In this document: positions 36,751-47,022 of the stretch, one piece after another
Numbering within the stretch: position 1 is the first letter of the stretch
Layout: each line of letters opens with the position of its first letter
Assembly (NCBI GenBank): GCA_029861865.1
Contig: JAOTYL010000001.1
Coordinates: forward strand, 498,536 to 562,535
Reading direction: 5' to 3'
DNA from: Myxococcales bacterium
Lineage (GTDB): Bacteria > Myxococcota_A > Polyangia > Polyangiales > Houyiibacteriaceae
DNA: 64,000 bases
Made by a program: the position numbers and the translations under genes
Notes under the pieces: generated by a model
Databases searched by the model: none
What the model saw: only the letters and a program-made list of their open reading frames with translations
What the model was told of the DNA's origin: nothing

Positions 36751-37596
36751 ATGGGGTTTTTGGTTTCACAGCGTTCATCGTACGGGACGTTCCTGGTTGC
36801 CGCAGCTCTGCTGGTCGGCGGAGGCGTCTATGCTGACAAGGGAAGCGCCAGCAACAGGTCGCCTAGCGCGCTCGAAGCGTCGATGGGTGAGATTCAATGG
36901 GGTTGGTCGCCAAAGCAGGTGTATCGCCATCTGAAGAAGAACATCGAAGAGTCCTACAGAGAGCCGATCTCGAAGACCACCGATGCGATCGAAGAAGATC
37001 GACTGCGCCACAAGATGGCCGAGGAGATCCGGGAAATCCGTGATTCCCACTTCGAGTTCGACGGTACGCCGAGCGCGTACGATTCTGGCTATCTAAAGGG
37101 TGAGTTCACACAGCGGAATGGGGAGTCTTTGTTGCGAGTGCGCACCAAGAACACCCAGGATTACTTCTTCTTCATCAACGATCGCCTCTGGAAGCGCTAC
37201 CGGGCATTCGACGCTTCGGTATTCGAAGGGGCGACCTTCGAGCAGTTCGGAAAGGCGCTTCAACAGCGCTATGGCAAAGCCAAAAAGAAGAGCGGGGTCT
37301 TCATGCCCGGCACAGAACCGACGCGGTGGTACGAGTGGAAGGAACCCCGAGTGCTCGCCCGCGCGATCGACAACAACGAGTTTTACGGCTTCTATTGTCT
37401 CGTCCTCGAAAACCCAAAGACCGTCGCCCGCCTCGGTAAGCTGCGCAAGAACAGGCCTGCGGAGGGTGATGCCGACGACTCGGTGGTGAACCTGGTGGCT
37501 GAGGATGACGGTGACGACCAGAATGCCGACATCGCGGACCGGATCAGCGGCGAAATCCGCCGCCACGAGACTCCGAAAGTGGACGAGAAGAAGTAG
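36751..37596 (+). CDS. Hypothetical secreted protein
   Basis: 281-aa ORF with an N-terminal hydrophobic signal-like segment and an acidic C-terminal tail. No motif recognised. Confidence 0.5.
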   Translation: MGFLVSQRSSYGTFLVAAALLVGGGVYADKGSASNRSPSALEASMGEIQWGWSPKQVYRHLKKNIEESYREPISKTTDAIEEDRLRHKMAEEIREIRDSHFEFDGTPSAYDSGYLKGEFTQRNGESLLRVRTKNTQDYFFFINDRLWKRYRAFDASVFEGATFEQFGKALQQRYGKAKKKSGVFMPGTEPTRWYEWKEPRVLARAIDNNEFYGFYCLVLENPKTVARLGKLRKNRPAEGDADDSVVNLVAEDDGDDQNADIADRISGEIRRHETPKVDEKK

Positions 37597-37673
37597 GGGC
37601 TAACGTAGGGTCGGGTGGGGTTTACAGCTCCCCCCGTCCTTCGCTAACTTGATCGATCCCGAAGGGGGCCGGG

Positions 37674-38477
37674 TTGCGCTACCGTCTGCGATTTCTACTC
37701 CAAGAGTTTGACCTCGACCGAGACACGGTCATCGTAGGCCGAGACACGACCTGCAGCGTGACCATCGACGACCCGATGATGTCGCGTCAGCACGTGCGCA
37801 TCGACCTCTCTGGAGCCGAGCCGATGCTCGAGGACTTACACAGTCGGAATGGCACGGTGCTCAACGGGAGGCCTCTCATAGGCCAGGTCAAGCTTCAGGA
37901 TGGCGACCGGATCCGAATGGGCACTCAGGAGCTCGTGTTCCTCGCCCTCGGGCGAGAGACCACCGTACAACGGACGACCGGCGCGTTGAGGTTTTGTCCG
38001 GGGTGTGCGATTCCTTTTCCAAGCTCCAGCCCTTCATGCCCGCATTGCGGCGCCGTCTCGACCGAGCAGGGCGTCACGACGGCGGTGCGGGACGTGGCGG
38101 CCTCTGGATGGACCTTTCATCTGCTCTCCCAAGTGGTAGAGCGGGCGATCGACCAGAACCGATTGGCCGATGCCGAGCGCATGATGGCTCGTGGCGTCGC
38201 CGAGCTCGAGGAACAGCTCGAAGAGGGAGTCGAAGTCGAGCCGAGCCGTGTTCTACGCGTGGCGGAGTGTGCGGCGCGCCTCGGCTGTGCCCTTCGTACC
38301 GCCCGATGGCTCGACGTCAGTTCGAGGCTCTATGATCGGGTATTCGAGCCGCCATCGACCGAAATCCTGGCGCTGGTCGATCAGTTGCCAAACGACCCGC
38401 ATTTGAGCGATGCGATTGCGACGCTGCGCCGGGCTGCCGGTGGATCGACGGAACATCCGAGCCGTCGCGCCGTCTAG
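37674..38477 (+). CDS. FHA domain / C4 zinc-ribbon / helical-domain protein (paralog A)
   Basis: FHA: VIVGRDTTCSVTIDDPMMSRQHVRI...SRNGTVLNG. Zinc ribbon: CPGC-X10-CPHC. C-terminal helical region with an AERM motif. TTG start. Confidence 0.8.
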   Translation: MRYRLRFLLQEFDLDRDTVIVGRDTTCSVTIDDPMMSRQHVRIDLSGAEPMLEDLHSRNGTVLNGRPLIGQVKLQDGDRIRMGTQELVFLALGRETTVQRTTGALRFCPGCAIPFPSSSPSCPHCGAVSTEQGVTTAVRDVAASGWTFHLLSQVVERAIDQNRLADAERMMARGVAELEEQLEEGVEVEPSRVLRVAECAARLGCALRTARWLDVSSRLYDRVFEPPSTEILALVDQLPNDPHLSDAIATLRRAAGGSTEHPSRRAV

Positions 38478-38504
38478 CGCCCTTCGGGGTAGCTCGTTTC
38501 GCCC

Positions 38505-39425
38505 CTAGTGAGCCGCGACGACCTGCTCGAGGCCCTCGAGCCGCCGCACGAGGAACCGCTCGGACGCGCCATAGTCGGAGGACTGGCCCTGGATGGTCGA
38601 AAGGTAGTGTCGAAGGTGCTGTGGCTTCGAGTAGTGCGTCGTCCGAACCAGACTGTGGAGTGCTTCGATCGTTTCGGCGCTCATCAGTCGTCCGGTGGCC
38701 GTGTGGATACGGAACACCCAATCGATCCATTTCGTGTCGCGCAAACCTTTCGATAGCTGTAGCGCGTAGTTCGTCGCGCCCGAAAACAGCGCATCCGGAT
38801 CATCTCTTTCGGAATCACTGAGCGGTCGATCTTTCAGAGCGCGCTCGAGAAGCACTTCGAGGTGGGGAAGCAGCATTCGCTCCGCTTCTTCGTAACGGCC
38901 CATGGCAATCGCCTTGCTCGCAATTCCGCCGATCACATCGAGCGCCCTTGCGGTTCGTGTGTCCTCAGCGCCCCAGGCGTGCGAGGACGAGTCGACTCTG
39001 TTGCCCTCGACTAGAGTCTTGCCAGCGGTGGAGCTCAAGCGCTTGCCGCATTCACCGCAACGCCGCTTTGCGACCCCGCTGATCGCGCCACACGACTCGC
39101 ATACGATGTACCCAGCGGTCTCCTTGGTGCCTTCTTTGAGCTTCGCTGCATCGATCAGCACCAGCTCCTGCGAGCCAATGTAGACGCGGTCCATGTGCGC
39201 CAACCGGCGCGGGCCGTTTATCCGGACTCCATTGACCGCGACCCCGTTGCGGCTTCCGAGATCTTCGACGACGACCGTCTCCGGTCCGACGTGAAGGAGG
39301 GCGTGGCGTCGCGACACCAAGCCGTCGGCCAGCGCTAGGTTGCAGGACGAGCTTCGACCAATGGCAAACTCCCCGAGAGGCATCTCGAGATTGGTCGACT
39401 GATATCGCAATCGAAAGCGCGGCAC
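38505..39425 (-). CDS. FHA domain / C4 zinc-ribbon / helical-domain protein (paralog B)
   Basis: FHA: FAIGRSSSCNLALADGLVSRRHALL...SRNGVAVNG. Zinc ribbon: CESC-X10-CGEC. AERM motif. I prefer GTG 39425 (PRFRLRY...), which parallels paralog A (RYRLRF...). The track start is 39458. Confidence 0.8.
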   Translation of the reverse strand: MPRFRLRYQSTNLEMPLGEFAIGRSSSCNLALADGLVSRRHALLHVGPETVVVEDLGSRNGVAVNGVRINGPRRLAHMDRVYIGSQELVLIDAAKLKEGTKETAGYIVCESCGAISGVAKRRCGECGKRLSSTAGKTLVEGNRVDSSSHAWGAEDTRTARALDVIGGIASKAIAMGRYEEAERMLLPHLEVLLERALKDRPLSDSERDDPDALFSGATNYALQLSKGLRDTKWIDWVFRIHTATGRLMSAETIEALHSLVRTTHYSKPQHLRHYLSTIQGQSSDYGASERFLVRRLEGLEQVVAAH

Positions 39426-39512
39426 CCCACAAACAGAATAACATCCCGCCGGACCCAACGTCGAGTCATGTGCAGTCGAAAGCCCCCGGGACCTAAGCGG
39501 AAATTCGATTCG

Positions 39513-40637
39513 TCAGAAGGACGCGATCTCGTGGAGACCGGCCACCGCGCCAAGGCCCTTCTCGAGGTTGCCCTGGGTGACTAGGGTCGCGCCCATGAGG
39601 CGCGAGAGCTCTGTCAGGTCGCGTCGATACGCCGAGAACGCGTTCGTGCGCTGCCCGAGGACTCCTGCCGACTGGTCCGGGTTCGTCAGAATCACGTAGT
39701 TACTCGCATTTTGGCGAAGGTCTTGGCCTGTGTAGATCTGCTTCTCGAACGGCCGGCTCCCCCGATTGACTCGGACTTGGAACTTGGTCGTCGTGGCATC
39801 GATGGAGTCGGGCATATCGACGTACACCAACCCACAGCGAAACCCGCCTTCGCCTAGAGTAGGAACACAACCCGTCGGGCTGGTGGTGATCGCGGTTTCA
39901 TCCTGTGCGGCTTCGGTGAGCTCGGCCCGACGTGCATCGGGAAGGACTCGGCCGGCGATCTTGTCAAACCCGTCCCACAGCTCGTCGATCTGCCGCGCGT
40001 ACAAGAAGAGCGCGTTCACGGTCTCGCGGCTGAACTTGGTGTAACGAAGCCCGGCGAAATCTGCCGCGGTGAAAGGCGTGGGAAGAGCGCGGAGCTTCTC
40101 AATCGCTTCATAGTCGACGCTCGGGCCTTCTCCCGGCCGAGACTTCGCCGCAGTCGAGGCTCGGTCGAGGAGTCGTTTCGCTTCCGCGACCTGGTCAGCA
40201 GCAATGCGTACGCCCTCGTATACGGCCTTGCCGTCACGAACTGCCTGGTTGTATTCGCGGCGATTGATCGTGACCGCCGTCGACAGAACGCCCAATAAGA
40301 TGCCGACCAGTGCTGCGGCGCCCCCCGTGAGCAGCATGAGCTTTCGCGCGCGTCGCCCCCTGCCTTCGTGCGCGGTCGCCACGGCCTGTTCGTCCACGAC
40401 GATGCGGACTTCTTGTGGCGTCGTCGCTCCGGCCGCAGTCGTGCCTCTGAACGGCCCCGACCTTTTCGCAGCGCGTCCCCCGACGAAGCCCGGCGGTGGC
40501 GCGACACCTCCGAGAGCCGGAGGGGGTGGCGCTACGCTTCCTTCCCCGACGTCTGGCGGCGGCGGTTGCGCGGTCGCTCGGCCTAGTCTCTCTCGGATAT
40601 CGCGGGCTTTTTTGGGTTTTTGTAGTTCGTCTGACAT
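39513..40637 (-). CDS. Hypothetical single-pass membrane protein (Pro-rich cytoplasmic N-terminus, ~230-aa external domain)
   Basis: 374-aa ORF. PPPPDVGEGSVAPPPPALGGVAPPPG segment; TM helix LMLLTGGAAALVGILLGVLSTAV. No family motif recognised. Confidence 0.55.
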   Translation of the reverse strand: MSDELQKPKKARDIRERLGRATAQPPPPDVGEGSVAPPPPALGGVAPPPGFVGGRAAKRSGPFRGTTAAGATTPQEVRIVVDEQAVATAHEGRGRRARKLMLLTGGAAALVGILLGVLSTAVTINRREYNQAVRDGKAVYEGVRIAADQVAEAKRLLDRASTAAKSRPGEGPSVDYEAIEKLRALPTPFTAADFAGLRYTKFSRETVNALFLYARQIDELWDGFDKIAGRVLPDARRAELTEAAQDETAITTSPTGCVPTLGEGGFRCGLVYVDMPDSIDATTTKFQVRVNRGSRPFEKQIYTGQDLRQNASNYVILTNPDQSAGVLGQRTNAFSAYRRDLTELSRLMGATLVTQGNLEKGLGAVAGLHEIASF

Positions 40638-40725
40638 TTCAGCCTCTCCAAATTTATCCGGGCATGGCCGATCGTGTCAAGGAAGGGCGCGTTTTGCTTG
40701 CTCCTGGTAGGCTTTTCCACCCCCG

Positions 40726-41622
40726 ATGATGCCACCCGCGGTCGAAGAACGCCGATTTGTGTCGTTTGATGGCACCGAAATCGCCTATCAGGCGGTCGGT
40801 GAGGGTCGCCCGATTCTACTCTGCAACGGGCTCGCGGGTAGTTGGAAGGCCTGGAGCCACCAGATCCAATACTTCCGCGACCGCTATCGGCTTCTGAGCT
40901 GGGACTACCGGGGGCTCTATCAATCGGGTCGTCCGAGCGACCCAAGCGCCATGGCTGTCGCGGACCACGCGCGCGACGGTGTTCAGCTGCTCAGAGAGGA
41001 AGGAATCGAACGGATCGCGATCGTCGGGTGGTCGATGGGCGTCCAAGTGGCGCTCGAAATGTTTCGACTTGCACCCGACAAGGTCGCCTCTCTTGCGTTG
41101 GTCAACGGGCTAGCAGGACGTCCGTGGGACTATGTGTTCAATCTCAATGTGGTGGGGCGCTTGCTCCCGCCGTTTCTGCGCGGCCTGCGCTCGGCACCTC
41201 GAGCGATCGAGGCGATCATCGGCCAAGCCTCGCGTTTCCCTGATGCCGGAGAGTGGATCAAACGGATCGGGCTCGCCGCGAGGACGCTCGACGAGGGGGT
41301 CTTCGCCGCCCTGGTCGAAGACTTTGGGACGCTCGATATGAGATCCTATATCAGTTTGCTAGAGCGAGTGGGTGAGCACGACGCGTGGGATCTCCTACCC
41401 CAGGTCGACGTGCCTACGTTGCTGATCACTGGATCGCGCGACGCGTTCACACCGAGATCAGCCGCGGAGAGGATGGTGAGGCGCATCCGCAGCTCCGAGC
41501 TGATGGTGATCCCGGGGGCAACGCACTACGCAGCTTTCGAGTACCCGGAGATGCTCAACCTGAGGCTCGAGAAGTTTCTCCGGGAACGAGGCTATGAGGC
41601 CGTGCCCCCACGGGCCGGTTGA
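40726..41622 (+). CDS. Alpha/beta hydrolase
   Basis: ILLCNGLAGS, nucleophile elbow GWSMGV, and C-terminal GATHYAAFE (His). Confidence 0.8.
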   Translation: MMPPAVEERRFVSFDGTEIAYQAVGEGRPILLCNGLAGSWKAWSHQIQYFRDRYRLLSWDYRGLYQSGRPSDPSAMAVADHARDGVQLLREEGIERIAIVGWSMGVQVALEMFRLAPDKVASLALVNGLAGRPWDYVFNLNVVGRLLPPFLRGLRSAPRAIEAIIGQASRFPDAGEWIKRIGLAARTLDEGVFAALVEDFGTLDMRSYISLLERVGEHDAWDLLPQVDVPTLLITGSRDAFTPRSAAERMVRRIRSSELMVIPGATHYAAFEYPEMLNLRLEKFLRERGYEAVPPRAG

Positions 41623-41656
41623 CGCGCTCTCACCCAGCCGCTAGCGGTGAGGACCG

Positions 41657-42241
41657 ATGATTCTCGTCATCGATAACTACGATTCCTTTACCTACAACCT
41701 CGTGCAGTACTTGGGCGAGCTTGGGGCAGAGGTCGTGGTTCGTCGAAACGATGCGGTGACCGTTTCGGAGGTCGAAAAGCTCGCTCCAAGCGGTGTCTTG
41801 ATCAGCCCGGGGCCCGGGAGGCCCGAGGAAGCGGGTGTGAGCCTCGACATCATCGAGCACTTGGGAAGCGGGACTCCGATCTTTGGGGTTTGCCTCGGGC
41901 ACCAAAGCATCGCGCAGTGTTTTGGCGCCTCGGTCGTGCGCGCGGACCGACTGATGCACGGGCGAACCTCCGAGATCATCCACAAGAAACGAGGGGTGTT
42001 CAAAGGGCTTCCAAGCCCGCTCACCGCGACTCGGTACCATTCGTTGATCGTCAAGCGAGACACCATCCCGAAGGAGCTCGAGATCTCCGCATGGACCGAG
42101 GAGAACGAGGTGATGGGCTTGCGACATTTGGAGCTTCCGATCGAGGGCGTCCAGTTTCATCCCGAGTCCTTTCTCACCGAGCATGGTCACCAATTGATTC
42201 GCAACTGGCTGTCGGGGCTCTCCGCGGGTGGTTCACCATGA
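41657..42241 (+). CDS. trpG: Anthranilate/aminodeoxychorismate synthase component II (glutamine amidotransferase)
   Basis: [30 protein letters not shown]. Confidence 0.9.
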   Translation: MILVIDNYDSFTYNLVQYLGELGAEVVVRRNDAVTVSEVEKLAPSGVLISPGPGRPEEAGVSLDIIEHLGSGTPIFGVCLGHQSIAQCFGASVVRADRLMHGRTSEIIHKKRGVFKGLPSPLTATRYHSLIVKRDTIPKELEISAWTEENEVMGLRHLELPIEGVQFHPESFLTEHGHQLIRNWLSGLSAGGSP

Positions 42242-43254
42242 TCACACACGCGATCAAAGAGCTCGTAGCTGGGCACGATCTTTCTCAGGGCGATGTCGAA
42301 AGCGCCATGGACGCGATTCTGAGCGGCCATGCGACGCCAGCACAGATCGCCGCGTTCGTCGTCGGCCTACGCATCAAGGGCGAATCCGCCCTCGAGATTG
42401 CGGCCGCAGCCCGTGCGATGCGCAAGCATTGCGAACAGATCCGACCGAAAGTCACCGGTCCGCTTCTGGATACGTGCGGTACCGGCGGTGACGGTCTCCA
42501 CACCTTCAACATTTCGACCGCCGCCGCGATCGTTGCTGCGGCAAGCGGCGTGAGCGTAGCCAAGCACGGCAATCGCGCGGTGTCTTCCAAAGCCGGAAGC
42601 GCCGATGTGCTCGAGGCCCTTGGGGTGCGTATCGACCTCTCTCCGGTACAGGTGGAACGGTCCATCGAAGAGGTGGGCATCGGTTTCTTGTTCGCCCCGA
42701 GTCATCACGCTGCGATGAAGCACGCAGCTCCCGTGCGTCGTGAGCTCGGACTCCGCACCATCTTCAATCTGCTGGGTCCTTTGTCGAACCCCGCCTCTGC
42801 GACCCATCAGATCGTGGGCGTCTACGACCCAGCCCACACCGAGCAACTCGCTTGGGCGCTCGGGGCGCTCGGCCTGACCGCGGCATGGGTAGTGCACGGC
42901 TATGGTGGTCTCGACGAGATCTCTCCGGCTGGGCCCACTCGCGTGGCCGAGCTCATCGAAGGCGAGGTCCGCACGACAGAGCTCAGTCCGGCGGACTTCG
43001 GGCTTCCAGAGGTGCCCCTCGAAGCGCTCCGCGGGGGCGATCCCGAATACAATGCGGCGATCGTCCGAGAAGTTCTTTCGGGCGAGGAAGGTCCTGCAAG
43101 AGTTGCGGTCTTGCTCAATGCAGCCGGCGCCCTTTGCGTGGCTGGCGTGGCCGAAGACCCCCACACGGCAGCCGAACGGGCTGCTGAGGCGATCGACAGT
43201 GGGGCAGCACGGGCAACCTTGAAGCGTTGGGCGGAGTTCACGCGAAACCCATGA
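42238..43254 (+). CDS. trpD: Anthranilate phosphoribosyltransferase
   Basis: DTCGTGGDG and [21 protein letters not shown]. The ATG at 42238 overlaps the trpG stop (ATGA). Confidence 0.92.
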   Translation: MITHAIKELVAGHDLSQGDVESAMDAILSGHATPAQIAAFVVGLRIKGESALEIAAAARAMRKHCEQIRPKVTGPLLDTCGTGGDGLHTFNISTAAAIVAAASGVSVAKHGNRAVSSKAGSADVLEALGVRIDLSPVQVERSIEEVGIGFLFAPSHHAAMKHAAPVRRELGLRTIFNLLGPLSNPASATHQIVGVYDPAHTEQLAWALGALGLTAAWVVHGYGGLDEISPAGPTRVAELIEGEVRTTELSPADFGLPEVPLEALRGGDPEYNAAIVREVLSGEEGPARVAVLLNAAGALCVAGVAEDPHTAAERAAEAIDSGAARATLKRWAEFTRNP

Positions 43255-44048
43255 GTGATTACCTCTCCGAGATCCTAGCTCGAACCCGTCGCGAGAACCT
43301 GCGACGCCGAAAGCACGTCAAGGCGATGCGGCCGCTCGTGCGAGAGCCCCAGCCAGAGCGCTCGGAACGCGGCATCGCAGCGCTTCGTCGCGCGGCTGGT
43401 GGGCCTCCATCCGTCATCGCAGAGGTCAAGTTTCGAAGCCCGAGCGCAGGTGCCATTCGAAGGTGGGCTCCAGGGGAAGGGGTCCGTGTCGCTCGTGCCT
43501 ACGAACGCGGCGGCGCGTCCGTCATCAGCGTCCTTGCGGATGCGCCCGACTTCGGTGGGTCTCCGCTGCTCGTAAGACGAATCTCGGAGTCGGTCTCGGT
43601 CCCGGTGCTTTTCAAAGGCTTCGTCATCGACCCCGTTCAGGTGGACTTGGCTTTCGATGTTGGCGCCTCGCTCGTCTTGCTGCTGGTTCGTGCGCTCGGC
43701 GACAAAGCGCTCCAGTCTTTAATCGCCCATGTCCGCGCGCTCGGCATGGAACCGGTCCTCGAAGCAGCGAACGATGAGGAAGTCGACCGAGCCGTTGCGT
43801 CGAGCGTGACCGTCATCGGGGTCAACGCCAGGGATCTACAGACCTTCCAGGTCGACTTGCCCATGGCTCACCAGTGTGTGGCGCGGATTCCCCCAGATCG
43901 CGTTGCCGTGTTCATGAGCGGGGTGCGCACCAGCGACGACTTCCGGCAGGTCGCTCAGGGCCGCGCCGATGCCGTGCTGATCGGCGAGAGCCTCATGCGG
44001 GCCGAGGATCCCGGTGTTCGTCTGTCTGAGCTCTTGCGCTCAGCCTGA
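43251..44048 (+). CDS. trpC: Indole-3-glycerol phosphate synthase
   Basis: VIAEVKFRSPSAG, ISVLAD, IGVNARDL, GESLMR. The ATG at 43251 overlaps the trpD stop (ATGA). Confidence 0.92.
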   Translation: MSDYLSEILARTRRENLRRRKHVKAMRPLVREPQPERSERGIAALRRAAGGPPSVIAEVKFRSPSAGAIRRWAPGEGVRVARAYERGGASVISVLADAPDFGGSPLLVRRISESVSVPVLFKGFVIDPVQVDLAFDVGASLVLLLVRALGDKALQSLIAHVRALGMEPVLEAANDEEVDRAVASSVTVIGVNARDLQTFQVDLPMAHQCVARIPPDRVAVFMSGVRTSDDFRQVAQGRADAVLIGESLMRAEDPGVRLSELLRSA

Positions 44049-45708
44049 TGGTTTCGTGCTCCAGCGGCAGTGTAACCCGAAAACAAGTGCCCGGGCCTGG
44101 ACGGTCCACGATCTCGATCCGCGCCTTGTGCTGGTCGACGACTTGCTTCACGAGCGCTAGTCCGAGCCCAACACCGTGGCTCCGCCCCGAATAAAACATG
44201 TCGAAGAGTCGCCCTCGCTGTGCATCGTCGATCCCGCGACCTTCGTCGGCTACCTCTAAAAACGCCCGACCCGAATCGTCACGACCGGCGCGCACCTCGA
44301 CCGTCCCGCGGTGGGGTGATGCTTGGACCGCGTTTTTCACCAAGTTCCACACGACTTGCCGCAGCCTATCGGGATCAACCGTAGCAATGATCGGTTCTTC
44401 GGGGAGTCGCTCTTCGATGCACAAGCCGTTGCTCTGAGTCGCTTCACCGCGCGCGACGACCACGACGTCACTGACGAGAGTACGTAGGTCCTGGGGCTCC
44501 GTGTGAATCTGGCTCGGACGACCGACCTGCAGCATCTTGGTGACCAGTGCGTCCAGCCGATCGACTTCCGAGATCACGATCCCCAGCAAGCGTCGGTCCT
44601 CGGGGCCGAGCGCGTTTCCTTCGCGTACTATGTCCACCGATCCCGAAATCGAGCTGAGGGGGTTTCTAATTTCGTGTGCGAGCCCAGTGGCGAGCTGCCC
44701 GAGGACCGCGAGCCGTTGCGCCTGCTCGGCTTGTTCCTTGAGGTCCTTAATTTCGGTCAGGTCTTGGAACACGAGCAGCAGCCCCGACGAGTTGCCTTCG
44801 GCGTCGACCAGCGCGCTCATCATGTACCCCATCGGGAATTCGGTGCCGTCGGCGCGCCTCCCAGGCGCTTCCGCGCGCCTCGGGGGCTCGCTCGCTCTCT
44901 TCTTTTCGTAGCCTGGCAGCACGACCGACAATGGCCGACTCACGAGCGTGCCGGCACCGTCGCGAAGAATGTCGCGAGCTGCGCGGTTGATGCCAATGAT
45001 GCGCCCTTCCTCGTCAGCGGTGATGAGCCCCGAGGCGATCGAGCGAACGATGTCGTCGTTGAGCCTGGCAAGACGCGCGGCGCTTTGCTCTGCCTCTATG
45101 AGTTGCGCGCCGACCATTTGGACTCGTCGGGCGAGGTTGGTCGCAAGGAGCGCGACCGCCGAGATGCCCACCATGTTCCACAGGAGCGCAAAGATGAAGT
45201 CTTTCGAGTCCAGGATGTACTGGCTCAAGGGCTGGTCAGGCGGCGGCGGTAACCAGCCGACGTTGAGTGCAAGGCCCTGAAGGAGGTAGCAAGCCAGGCA
45301 GGTTGCCGCTGTGATGTAAGCCGCGTTTGCACCGAGGGTGAGCGCCGCAGTCAGGATCTCAGCGCCGTACAGAAACGAAAAAATGCTCCCCGCTCCTCCG
45401 GTGAGGTAGACCAACCCGGTGATCAGAAGCACGTCGAGGCCGGTGACCGCCATGGCGACGGCATGCTCCTGCCGCCCGCGCAGCAACCAAACCCCGAAGA
45501 GAATCGACGACCCGTAGATTATCGAAATTAGGATCAGCAAGAAGGTTGGCGTGAACTGGCCATACCGTATGGCATCCAGCGCCAGATACATCGTTGTGCC
45601 GAGGAGAATTGTCGCGATGAACAAGCGACCCCCGAGGACCCACTGAACCCGTCTGTGCGGGTGGGGTTCCTCGCGCTCACCGGTCGACCTGTGCGGTGGC
45701 TGGATCAC
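43993..45708 (-). CDS. PilS-like sensor histidine kinase (polytopic N-terminus, PAS, HisKA, HATPase)
   Basis: About 6 N-terminal TM helices. H box LAHEIRNPLSSISGS; N box NLVKNAVQA; DEGRGI; GLGLALV. GTG start overlaps the pilC stop (GTGA). The 3' end overlaps trpC by 56 nt. Confidence 0.85.
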   Translation of the reverse strand: MIQPPHRSTGEREEPHPHRRVQWVLGGRLFIATILLGTTMYLALDAIRYGQFTPTFLLILISIIYGSSILFGVWLLRGRQEHAVAMAVTGLDVLLITGLVYLTGGAGSIFSFLYGAEILTAALTLGANAAYITAATCLACYLLQGLALNVGWLPPPPDQPLSQYILDSKDFIFALLWNMVGISAVALLATNLARRVQMVGAQLIEAEQSAARLARLNDDIVRSIASGLITADEEGRIIGINRAARDILRDGAGTLVSRPLSVVLPGYEKKRASEPPRRAEAPGRRADGTEFPMGYMMSALVDAEGNSSGLLLVFQDLTEIKDLKEQAEQAQRLAVLGQLATGLAHEIRNPLSSISGSVDIVREGNALGPEDRRLLGIVISEVDRLDALVTKMLQVGRPSQIHTEPQDLRTLVSDVVVVARGEATQSNGLCIEERLPEEPIIATVDPDRLRQVVWNLVKNAVQASPHRGTVEVRAGRDDSGRAFLEVADEGRGIDDAQRGRLFDMFYSGRSHGVGLGLALVKQVVDQHKARIEIVDRPGPGTCFRVTLPLEHETIRLSARAQTDEHRDPRPA

Positions 45709-46916
45709 TCAGCGTTTACTTTACCCGCGATCGAGAAGATCGGCAGGTACATCGCGATCAGGATGGTGCCCACGATTCCTCCGATGAAAACCATCATCAG
45801 GGGCTCGAGCAGCGAGGTGAGGGCTGCGACCGCAACGTCGACCTCGTCCTCGTAGAAGTCTGCGATCTTGTTGAGCATAGTATCGAGCGCGCCGGTCTGC
45901 TCACCGACGCCGATCATCTGCACGACCATTGGCGGAAACACGTTGGTCTCCATGAGCGGCTCGGCCATGGTCCGGCCCTCGCGGATCTTGTTCGACGTCA
46001 CCTGGATTGCGGCCTCCACAACCACATTGCCCGCCGACTTCTTCACGACATCGAGCGAATCGAGGATGGGAACGCCCGCTGAGAGCAGCGTTCCCAGGGT
46101 CCGCGTGAACCGGGCGACCGAAATCTTCCGTATTACCGGGCCCATGATGGGCATGATGAGCAAGGTCCTGTGGAAGAAGTGTTTGCCCGCCGGCTGCCTG
46201 TAGACCCACGTGACGCCAAACACGATCGCCCCAACGCCCAGGATGATCCAAACGATGTTGCTCAGGAAGCCTTCGGAGGCGGAAATCACCAACTGCGTCA
46301 GCGCAGGAAGCGAGTCTTCACCCCCAAACTCCGCGAACATGCCCTTGAAGCTCGGAATGACCCACGCCAGCATCACGACTACGACGATGACTGCGACCAA
46401 GAAGATCGCAATCGGGTAGACCATCGCCCCGCGAACCTGCCGGGCGAGCTTGACCCGCTTCTCGATGTAGAGCGCTAGACGGTTGAGAATCGTATCCAGG
46501 ATACCGCCCATCTCACCGGCGCGTACGAGGTTGACGAACAGCTCATCGAACAGCTTTGGGTGGCGAGCCAAACCCTCGGAGAACGTTCCACCTTGCTCGA
46601 CGTAGTCTTTGACGTCTTTGAGGATCGTATTGAGATTCTTGTTCTCGCCTCGGCTCGACAGGATGTCCAAGCACTGGACCAACGGAAGGCCGGCGTCGAT
46701 CATCGTCGCGAACTGGCGCGTGAAGATGACGAGCTCCTTCGGGGTGACACCGGTGCCGAGGGAGAGCTTGAGCGCTCGGCCCTTCTTTTTGATCTTCACC
46801 GGGTTCAACTGGCGCGCGCGCAGCCGTGTCTGCACGGCTTCCTTGCTGTCCGCCTCGATGATCCCGGTCTGAACCTCACCCGCGCGAGTGCGCGCTTCGT
46901 ATACCCACTCGGCCAT
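45705..46916 (-). CDS. pilC: Type IV pilus platform protein PilC (GspF family)
   Basis: 403 aa with two T2SSF repeats (FTRQFATMIDAGLPL... and FTRTLGTLLSAGVPIL...) and a conserved VGEQTGALD motif. Confidence 0.92.
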   Translation of the reverse strand: MAEWVYEARTRAGEVQTGIIEADSKEAVQTRLRARQLNPVKIKKKGRALKLSLGTGVTPKELVIFTRQFATMIDAGLPLVQCLDILSSRGENKNLNTILKDVKDYVEQGGTFSEGLARHPKLFDELFVNLVRAGEMGGILDTILNRLALYIEKRVKLARQVRGAMVYPIAIFLVAVIVVVVMLAWVIPSFKGMFAEFGGEDSLPALTQLVISASEGFLSNIVWIILGVGAIVFGVTWVYRQPAGKHFFHRTLLIMPIMGPVIRKISVARFTRTLGTLLSAGVPILDSLDVVKKSAGNVVVEAAIQVTSNKIREGRTMAEPLMETNVFPPMVVQMIGVGEQTGALDTMLNKIADFYEDEVDVAVAALTSLLEPLMMVFIGGIVGTILIAMYLPIFSIAGKVNAE

Positions 46917-46951
46917 GTAATCTCCGCCCGATCCCCAGCGGGCCTCTCAAA

Positions 46952-46981
46952 ATCCTAGCCGATCAGTGATCACGGGGTCAA
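46952..46981 (-). promoter_or_regulatory. Candidate sigma70-type promoter for pilC (TTGACC-N18-TAGGAT) with an embedded GTGATCAC palindrome
   Basis: Minus strand reads ctttTTGACCccgtgatcactgatcggcTAGGATtttgagagg...ggcggagattacATG. Confidence 0.3.
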
Positions 46982-47022
46982 AAGCCGAGCGCAATTCCGC
47001 TCTGACTGGCATCCCCTAGGGC

